From Nemertoderma westbladi (Eukaryota > Animalia > Xenacoelomorpha): a DNA stretch of 44,308 nt. Where the stretch lies: assembly GCA_032718475.1 (NCBI GenBank), contig JAUCBJ010005883.1, positions 1 through 44,308 of the forward strand, given 5' to 3'. Both the position numbers and the translations under genes were made by a program. Shown here piece by piece: positions 35,274 to 44,308 of the stretch. The notes below the pieces were generated by a model. That model saw only the letters and a program-made list of their open reading frames with translations. It searched no databases and was not told where the DNA came from. Each line of letters begins with the position of its first letter. The first letter of the stretch is position 1.

Positions 35274-35453
35274 TACCGTATAGCATAGGCGTATACCGGA
35301 ACCGGTCCACAGTATGTAGAAGGCCTAAAGGCCCTAAAGTAGAACGTAGTACCTACTTACAGTATAAACTGATTTTTATTTCTTTCTAATATAAAGCGAA
35401 TATAAGAATCATTTAATTTCGGGCTCTATCAGTCTATGGTAAATCCATACCCT

Positions 35454-35733
35454 CGCCCATGCGAAGAATACCGATTTCACTTTTCGGTCGACTTTTTATT
35501 GGAATTTTATATATGAAGATTTGAAATTTTTTTGAATATATATTTATTAACTGTTTTACTGTATAGCGCTTATTTCTGTCTTATAACCTATACATATACT
35601 AATTCGTTTATTGTTTTGGTTAGATGCGGCCCTTTCTGTAACCTTTGTTTTTGGTGAAAACCTGGTATTCTTCATATGGGGGTAACTGCAAAGTGAAATA
35701 ACGGCAGAAAGTCTGGTATTCTTCACATGGGCC
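35454..35733 (-). mobile_element. GGCCCATG MITE family, copy 3
   Basis: Reverse-orientation homologue of 14089-14363 with perfect 8-bp TSD CATACCCT (35446-35453, 35734-35741). Confidence 0.82.
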
Positions 35734-36270
35734 CATACCCTTGATAAAAACCGTTCCCCCGTCGCCAATTCTTATCAGAACGCTAAACGGTAAAAAATTA
35801 AACGGTAAAGTGTACAATTTTTAATTAGGCATTAAGGCCTAACTATTGTCAGATTGTCTTATATACTAATATAGGCTTAATTTATATATAAAATTTATAT
35901 GGTAATAACCGCCAAGTCATGTTCGAGATCGAGATCGTTTAATAAAAAGTGAGTAGATCAGGGTTTTTTTTTCAAAACGTTCGCCGCGAAAAGTTTCTAA
36001 ATTGTTAGAAAATATTTAGAAAATTTCAATTTTGTTTAGAAAACCAAATAATTTGCCTAAAATGCCGAATTTGAAAGGTTTATTTTGAAAAGATACAAGT
36101 AGGCCTTATATTAATGCTTTATTGCTTGTTTTCTACTTTTTCAAACGTTTATACGGTAGCCTTATATCCTGTATTTTTTTAAAATATCATCGAAATATTA
36201 TAAATAATTAATTAATTTGCCTTCTGCCCTATTTAATACATCTTTGGCAAACTAAAGCCATTAATTTATT

Positions 36271-37832
36271 GTGAAGGAATTAATATTCCATATTAATATT
36301 CCTTTTACTCGCCAATAGTGGTTACGAGGCATTGTTATATGCGCAAAACCCAAAATACTGTTGGCGTCTCCTGGTCTCCATACTGCTAACAGTGTAGTGC
36401 AGTATTCGGTAGACAATTCTAAATTTAGCGCAACATTATACGTTCATATTCCAGCCCTGCTGCTTTCTACCAAAAATTATTGCAGCTGTGGAAAAATAGC
36501 GCAAGAGACGTGATAGATTCAGCATTCAGTATAGTTGTTCCTAAAAACGATATCTACACTGCGTTAGATAATAATCAGTTCGTGAAGAAGTCTTGGGATA
36601 TCTACAAACGCGTTGATAAAATTGCCAAGGTTTGTTCTGCCATGGATATAATATTCTACCAACATCCATCAAAAACTCAATTGAGAATTTAATGCTTCTC
36701 GACATACCGACGACGATTGTTTCTTTATCAAAAGTGGATTCAGTATTTAGAACATACCGAAATACGATGATCAAACAGGATATCGATATTGTACTCCAGT
36801 ACGAAGTGGAACCTGAATCTTCGTTTTGTGACGGGACTTATGAGAATCATCTACAGGCCAATGTTAGTTACTCACAATACTATATTTTCCCGGGTTCAAT
36901 CCCTTGTCGGTCGAGCCCATTACAACTTCGTAATTGAGGCGCAACCCAGCAATGTGGGAGTACCTGGTTTCTGCTGGGGGTGTAAAGAAAAGGGGTAGGA
37001 TATTTTAACGGAGTGACAACCCTTGGGGGGTTCGTGGCACCCTCTCTGCCTTATGGGTAACAGCCATGAGTTTATTTTTGATTGATTAATATTTTTCCGG
37101 AAATACATACAGTATATCACCAATAATTTGTCCACACAGACTACTTTAATTAGTCAATTTAATTAATTAGTTAGTTAGACGCTGAATTGTGCGTCGATAA
37201 TTAGGAAGGGGGATAATTCGTTGGACATCCCCAGGCATAGATAAACTTTAACCCTTACTATAACTAATGATTTCTAAAAAGAAATATACTAACGTACTAA
37301 TTACTACACTAATTATACTAATCTATTATTTTATTTTTAGAGTAAATGTTATGAAAATCCGTGCGAGTTCAAATTTCGAAAACCACCTCCGGTGGATCCT
37401 TGCAGATACAGTGCCGTTAAAAGCTGCGTTGAACAATCATTAAACTCGGCCCTACAAACTGAAGGTAGGAAATGGACCGAGGTCATATTTGATGGCAATC
37501 CCATGGGAATGGCTTTAAGATCGCTCGAAGGATTACGAACACAAAATGTTAAAAACAATTATTCGTTAAAAACAATTATTCGATTCGGATATGAGGTGAT
37601 TTTCAAACATTTTGCTTCAACCAATAGCTATGTAACTGATAAAGGTTTAGACTATTTTATTTCGGGTAGTTTGAAACAATTTGAAACAATGGAAGTTGTA
37701 CTGTATGGGACTGTTCGTTAATGTTTGGGTGAATTTGGGGATCATCAAATGAAATCCCGCAACACTGCTAATCGTAATGACTTTAATACAGCCACAATTT
37801 TAAGAAATGCGTTTTTTTACAATACAATACAC
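36271..37832 (+). pseudogene. Possible frameshifted two-exon relic of an unidentified (secreted?) protein gene
   Basis: Non-repetitive, coding-like composition with staggered ORFs (36480-36692, 36632-36937, 36789-36998). Donor-like GG|GTAGGA at 36994, acceptor TTTATTTTTAG| at 37340 opening a 126-codon frame. No family recognised. Confidence 0.3.
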
Positions 37833-39425
37833 TAGAGATGACACAGAGCTCCGGCTCCGGAGCTCCGGGCCAATTTTCTAGTTCCGGCTCTGGTTCCGGC
37901 TCCGGGCAAATTAACCCGGAGCCAATCCGTTGCTTGTGTTATTTAAATTTGAATTAAAATAATAAGTTTTTCCGATGTATGAATAATGTAAATATCATAG
38001 TAATTAACATAAAAACTCATTACAGCCTGTTTTTTTAAGTTTCCTGAGTTTCCTTTAAGTTTTAAGTCACCCCCCTTGTGAAATTGTTTGAACAAAAACA
38101 TTAAAATGATTCAGTTAATTCAATTAATATTCTTCCCTAATGAAATACATGTACTATCGTTTCGTTCGTCAGTCTAGAAGTCTAGTACCCCCCCCCCCCC
38201 CCCCCCCCCCCCCCCCATTCCATGGCCTTCAGCGAACGATAATTCTTGCAATCGTTGAACGCCTATATCTCAGCTGTTTCTCAACGAAATTCAAACATTG
38301 TTACATATTTGGAATCCTTGTAACGCAAGCTTTTCATTGATATGAAAGGAATTACGACTAATTTGAAGAATGGCAATGATACGGATGGTGCGATTTCGCA
38401 AAATACACTTTTTTAAAGGCGAAATCGAAAATTCCAGCTTCATGGTAACAACCACGGTGAGTGGAACTAGTTGTGTTTCAAATTTCAAGCAATATGATAA
38501 AGATTTGTAGAAAAATTTGGGGGGTGTCATCAGAAAATGATACTATATTACGGGTCATGGTGTATATATGTTAATAAATTCTTGTAATAATAATTTTAAT
38601 AGTTATACAATATTTGTGTGCGGAGATTGTATTTCAGTTCCTGATTCAATAATGTAAATAGAGCAAGAGGACCCTCTCAACAGTTTTGTGATATATCCAA
38701 ATTACTAATATTATTTTAGATATCCGGTTTATGCCAACCTACGTACGTAAGGTAGGCGGTACATGTTTTATCGTTTATCAATGACAATACAGTATACTGA
38801 AAACTGCACCAACTTAATTAATTACACATTGTCCCATAAAATTAGTGTCGATGTTAAGTTGACAACAAAGCTAATTTACTGATAGTCTAGTAGTAAGAAA
38901 TAAATATAACAAAGTTTGCGTAATGAGTGTGAACTGAAAAGTCTAAAACAATAGCTTGCCAACACATTGTTACTATCAATAAAACATTAGTATATTTTAG
39001 CCCTATGAACACCAGATAGGAGAGTCTTTGGACGCAAAAAATGCATCCCTCTCCAGGAGAAAATCGGCGCAAATAACTGCTGATTACTCCCAAAAATAAA
39101 ACCGTAACCTGTTCTATTAAATATAGTTTATTGTTTTGATTAGAATAGAATAACTTGCGACTGTAAACTGTTCATTTCCCTTAATTGATAATTTAACATT
39201 GAGGTGAGATATTAATTCGCCGAGTAAGAATTGGCATCAAATAACCCTTTTCCTTTTCCCCCCTTTTCCTAAACGCATATCTGTCTATGTCTACTATAAT
39301 AATACAATTAAATTATAAATCACCAAAACTCCGGCTCCGGCTCCGGCTCCGTCTCCGTCTCCGGCCGGAGCTCATATTGTAACCCGGAGGAATCCGGATG
39401 AAATTTTAGCTCTGTCGCATCCCTA
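37833..39425. mobile_element. hAT non-autonomous element with nested repeat fragments
   Basis: TIR TAGAGATGACACAGAGCT / AGCTCTGTCGCATCCCTA; TSD CAATACAC / CAATACAT (7/8); (CTCCGG)n subterminal repeats at both ends. Confidence 0.8.
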
Positions 39426-39779
39426 CAATACATCCCCAGTCGGGGTAAACAGTGCAGTCCAATACAACACGTTTTAAATATTAGGTCACTGCCACTTTAA
39501 AGCGGCAAAAAGCGCAACATTTATGCGAAATTTCAAAGTTGGTAAAATAGGGAAGTATCTTATATCATTCGATAGCTTTTTTCGTGCTGAAAACGATTCT
39601 GATAATAATAATAATAATAATGTATATTTTTATAGCGCCTCTCTAGGTAGTCGAATATGCATTCTCGAAGAAGAAAGGCTTTCAACTTTCAAGTATGATA
39701 GAACGGCTACACTCTTGTGTTGTTTTTTTGTTTTAACTTAATAGAGATATTTAAAAAATCCCCTGCCCCTGGCGTTTAT

Positions 39780-40410
39780 ATTTGAGTTATTTGATTTATA
39801 AATGTTTGCCTGATATTCAATGTGTACCGCCTTCTGGCAAAGCGGCACCCAGTTTAAGCTATCAATCACAGCTAGCGAGTAGAGACCCACGGACGGCGAC
39901 CTTCAAAAAAACGTATGACAAAAAAACTATTACAAATATAAGCGCGCGAATACAGTAGATGTGAGGAGTTACTTAAAGTACAGTAGTTGAGATATATGCA
40001 CAAAAAACTATTACAAATAAACACGCGAATACAGTAGATGTGAGGAGTTAGTGTATCTGGTTAAATGTAAAATATGTATACAGTAGTTAATTAAATCATG
40101 TAAGCTGCTTTATTGCTCTTCGGTGAGCAGTTTAGTTACGGCGTTTTTGAATATGTTAATTGATTTTGCGTCCCGTACAGAAGAAGGCAGGGTGTTCCAG
40201 ACCTCTGGTGCGCGCACCCTGATTGATTGTCTGGCGATCTCCAGACGGGTGCGTGGTACCGTAAAGTTATTATTTGTTGCTGATCTCGTTCGGTGTTGAT
40301 GCGTGGTTGATATCAGTGTGAGTAGAGAAGGGAATATATCTGATGGTAGTAGTTTCTTTATGTAACTGTAACTGAGTATTGCAATATGTTTGATGTAAAT
40401 AGAGCGTATC
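39780..40410 (-). mobile_element. L2/CR1-group LINE 3' fragment (ORF2 C-terminus plus 3' UTR)
   Basis: Manual translation of ~40400-40110 gives ...HQHRTRSATNNNFTVPRTRLEIARQSIRVRAPEVWNTLPSSVRDAKSINIFKNAVTKLL*, the typical H-x-TR...WN-x-LP...FK tail. It is missing from the ORF track because it has no start codon. Confidence 0.8.
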
Positions 40411-40540
40411 GTTAGTGGGGTGAAATTTGTGTTGCCTTTCGATATGCCAATGTTACGACTGATTTTGATACGCTAATAATCACATCAGCATCGAATGAGC
40501 TGTCCATGAATTGGAAGTCACATATGTAGAATATGTCGGA

Positions 40541-41866
40541 ATTTAAGGTCCGATTATTTAGAGCATCAGTAGAGCCAGCATTCCTATTTGAGAGTTCATG
40601 CGAGGTCTTACTGCTGAGGATAACAAATCGCTTCATAGCACATACAACAAGTGACAAGAAGACATACGTTCACATACGACATATGTTCAGCATACTTTCA
40701 TCATATGGGATTCCTGATGAAATTATTGCAGCAATCAGATCAGTATACGATGGTTCGACAACATTTGTGTCTACTGTTGATGGTGACACAGAACCATTTG
40801 AAGTGTTATGGGGCGTCCTCCAGGGAGACATACTTGCACCATTCTTGTTCATAATTGTTGTTGACTATGTTCTACGCATGTCCTTAGATCATCATAATGA
40901 TGATGGGGTGATGATAACTCCACCTACTGGCTCCAGAAGTCGAGGAAATCCTGCCAAGTACCTAACTGATCTAGACTTTGCTGATGACTTAGGAGTACTC
41001 TCAGAATCACTAGAGGGAGCCCAAGGCTCCTCAGCTCATTAGAACATGCTGCTTCTAGTGTTGGTCTTTTTATTAACTCCAGAAAGACCAAAATTTTGAC
41101 AGTTAACTTTGAAAGTCCTCAGCAAGTCTCTGATCGGATGAGCATAAGCTCAAAAAATGGTATGCTTGAGCATGTGGATGACTTCTGTTACCTGGGATCA
41201 TGGATCCGGAATACGTAAGGGAAAGGCATGGGCAGCCTTGAATAGGCTTTCCACTATTTGGAAGTCACCAAGAATTAATCGGAAACTTAAGGTCCGATTA
41301 TTTAGAGCAGCAGTAGTTCCAGTACTCCTCTATGGGAGTCCATGCTGGGCTCTAACTGCTGAGGACACCAAATCTCTGGATGGCACATTCACAAGAATGC
41401 TACGCCGGGTTCATTATGTCAAGTACAATGCACACATCGCCAACCAGACACTATATAACATTGGAGCTGTCTCATTGGTTCCCCCAAGCTTGACACTAGA
41501 ACAAAATCGCCTCCGCTTTGCAGGACATTGCTTTCGCCGTGAGGACCAGCAAGTGCATAATCTTGTACTTTGGCAGTCTCATGGAGTGAATAAGCATGGT
41601 GGACAGCCCATGACTTTCTTGAGACGCATCTTAAAGGACACTAGCCTTGAAGATGCGGATGATCTAGCAAATGTCATGGGTGATAGGGAGTTGTGGCGGT
41701 GCAATTTTGTCGATAAGCCGGCACAGCATTCTTAAAAATGCAGCTGCAATGCAGCATGCCGATCCTAGTAGTAGTAGTAGTAGACAAGAATACTAAATCG
41801 GGTCCAACACTATATAATATTGGAAGTGTCCCATTCGTCCCCCCCAGGTTGACACTTGAACAGAGC
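40541..41866 (+). mobile_element. Older diverged RTE LINE remnant split into 40541-40660 and 41783-41866
   Basis: Both pieces are diverged duplicates of consecutive parts (41285-41410, 41447-41506) of the younger copy. Confidence 0.75.
40661..41782 (+). mobile_element. 5'-truncated RTE-clade LINE (RT C-terminal half) with (TAG)n tail
   Basis: GVLQGDILAPFLFIIVVDYVLR, LTDLDFADDL, RLRFAGHCFR; frameshifts present; (TAG)6 tail at 41766-41783; TSD GACAAGAA (40653-40660, 41783-41790). Confidence 0.92.
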
Positions 41867-42420
41867 AGCATACGTGCAGGGTGTGCAGCATACGTCAGTC
41901 AGTATAGCAATACTAATGTAGCTGCAATGCAGCATTCCGTTTTTAGAAAAAGGAAATACCCTCAAAGTCCATTTTGTGTGGAAAGGTTTAGCACGAATTT
42001 GTATACAGTATACATGAACAACCAATCATCACTCACCTTGTATCACTCAAAAGAAAGAAATTCTTTAGGGGTTGATAGTATATTAAATATTGCTTTGAGG
42101 AATATTATTTCGATCGATATTTCATACAACATATGTTTAATACCTTTATTTGAGCATTATTAAACATATGGTAATAACAATAAGTGTTGAACCAACACCA
42201 CCAATATATTCACTGCAATGCCTCAGTAATGCTATACAATATCTTTAAAAATGTTGTGCAGTTTTATTGAAATTTTATTTAAAATTTACTGCAAAGCGGA
42301 CACCGCACCGTGTTTACTGCACTATATGTGACGCATTATGGAGAATTCTTAAAATTAATTGACATGTTGATAAATTAGTTGCACAATTATGTCATGGTCA
42401 TGTTGACCTCGCTCACTGAC

Positions 42421-42550
42421 CTTCACTCAGCTTTTCATTCCCTTGCCTTGGGTCGATAATATGAGTACCAGTTAAATTACTGGGGGCAAAATTTAGACGT
42501 AGCATCGAACTCTACCTTCGGATGGTTATAGCTATCGAGAAAGGGGTCGA
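42421..42550 (+). mobile_element. SINE core fragment (same family as 18037-18277)
   Basis: CACTCAGCTTTTCAT...GGTCGATAATATGAGTACCAGTTAAATTACTGGGGGCAAA...AGCTATCGAGA. Confidence 0.75.
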
Positions 42551-42830
42551 AGTTATTAAGTTTGATTGATGGAAATTATTATACTTTCATTTCATATACA
42601 TAAAGTTTCTTTTCGTTGCGATTATTTGAACCATGTATTTGTGCGGCAGTGATCATAAGACATGTGACATGACAATATTACAACATTTAAATGCACTTAC
42701 ATATTATTACTGAAACAAACATCACTCAAAACATTTACGTTATACATACATACAAATCTCAATTAATATTTGCCAGACTAATATTGGTGAAACCTTTTTT
42801 TTTTTATCAACGAATAATTTCTTTGTTTAA

Positions 42831-43208
42831 GGGGGGGGTGGGGGGTAGGGGTGGGGGGGGGGGGGGGTGTAGGGGTGTAGACCATTTTGTCCAAAATATG
42901 TCGAAGTAATTTTTATTTAATTGGTATTTCCAAATCTGAAAACCGCTATTTAATAGCTCTTTTAGTTTCTAAAGTTATATCAATTTCAAAGAGACCTACT
43001 GAAATTACTATTACTATGTATAATGAAAGTTATATTATCTTCAAATATTTTTTTTGACATTGTCAACTTCAAAACCCTACTACTTCTATAATTATTGAGC
43101 AATTAGTCTGAAAATTTCTGCCGGTGTCTTCATAGCCACCCTGCATAAAAGTTTCAGACAACTTTTTGAAATTTTTTGTTAATAAAATGTAATACAAAAT
43201 GTAATACC
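42831..43208 (-). mobile_element. Truncated second copy of the Kolobok-like element
   Basis: TTAA then a G-rich terminus and ACCATTTTGTCCAAAATATGTCGAA...CTGAAAACCGCTATTTAATAGCTCTTTTAGTTT, the reverse complement of ~31860-32219. Confidence 0.8.
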
Positions 43209-43209
43209 T

Positions 43210-44308
43210 ACTCCTCCACCGTGATCACAGAGTCATTAAGGTGTCAGACATCCGTCGGTTTGCTAACCCACCGTGCTCAACAGTGGCGATCTGGACAGAT
43301 CGAGGCGCTTCTTCAAGAAGCTGAGAGATGTTCTGCGAAGTTCCCTACGAACCAGTGCTCTAGTCGACGACCTCCAAGGGACGAGAGGGAACACACAATT
43401 CGTGTATTTACCAGGGTTATCCCATGGGAGATTTTACGCACCCTCCTGTCTTCCAGGCTGATCGCTCTGGAATAGTGCCCTGGAGTTCGACCCATCGTAT
43501 CGGGGAATGTCTCCGACAAATCCTTGCTAAGTCCATGGCCATAGCCACTGGGGATGACGTTACTGATACCTGTGGTGCGGAACAGCTCTCCGCTGGTACA
43601 TCGGCAGGAGTGGAAGCAGCGATCCACACGATGTCCGGGATCTTCGATGAACACAGCGGAGAAGGCTGGGGCGTACTGCTGGTGGATGCAGCGAACGCTT
43701 TTAACTCATTGAATCGGATGGCGGCACTTTGGAACGCACGTCATCTGTGGCCCCGATGCTCACTATTTCTTTTTAACTGTTATCGGACGACAGTATTCTA
43801 ATCATAAGTGGAACCGAGTCATCCCAGATATACTCCAGAACTGGTACGCCGACGATTCCGCGGCCGCAGCATTACTTGCTAAGTTGCTGGAGTGGTTCGA
43901 GGAGCTGCTGCACATTGGGCCCACTGTGGGTTACTTCCCTGAGCCCACAAAGTGCAACCTTGTAGTAGCGCCACAGTTCGTTGATGAGGCTAGGGTGGTG
44001 TTCCGCGACCACCCGGTCAATATCGTGACAGGGTGCCGATTCCTGGGTGGTTTTGTTGGCGGGGAGGAAGAACAGCAGGTTTTCGTGGAAGCCAAAGTGG
44101 CTGAGTGGGTCAAGTCGGTTGACCATTTGGCGGAGATGGCGGAGGCCCAGCCCCACGCCGCATTCACAGCCATGGCTTGCTCCCTGCAAAGGCTGCCTCG
44201 GCTGTGGGGGTCCCGGATCCCTAGACCTCCGTTGCTCGGTGACAGCCCGAACAAACTTCGCTCCAAATGGGTAATATCACCTCCAATCACAGCTGGAAGG
44301 AAGCGGTC
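43210..44308 (+). mobile_element. Degenerate CRE-like (RLE-type) non-LTR retrotransposon RT region with deletions and a local inversion
   Basis: IGECLRQILAK...QLSAGTSAGVEAAIH...VLLVDAANAFNSLNR; WYADD at 43842; GPTVGYFPEPTKC; RFLGGFVG; AEAQPHAAF. The downstream GGLGIRDP motif lies on the minus strand at ~44200-44300. Confidence 0.85.

Noticed and set aside
38140-38340. Polyproline ORF
   Set aside because: Produced by a poly-C homopolymer inside a hAT element.

Overview
Eukaryotic, AT-rich invertebrate metazoan genomic DNA, not prokaryotic. It carries two minus-strand protein genes. The first is a complete three-coding-exon virilizer/VIRMA gene (m6A writer scaffold), join 22049-20392, 15724-14917, 11470-6971 = 6966 nt = 2321 aa, with a large Pro/RS/SP-repeat insertion. 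The second is the first exon of an ADAM-type (M12B) metalloprotease that runs off towards the left edge. Introns and intergenic DNA are packed with non-autonomous DNA transposons identifiable from TIRs plus TSDs (hAT, hAT5-like, MULE/foldback, Kolobok-like, Sola1-like, pogo-like). There are also a tRNA-headed Nin/Deu-core SINE, RTE, L2/CR1 and CRE-like LINE fragments, a possible solo LTR and a possible decayed orphan gene. The most striking structures are a three-level nested transposon stack at 27.4-33.1 kb with an in-window empty site, an RTE LINE inserted into an older copy of its own family, and a bipartite CAGGTTACAG-N13/14-AACCAAAACAATAAAC core shared by unrelated MITE families. I found no clearly new enzymatic system. 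Superfamily labels come from termini and TSD length only, read by eye without database searches.
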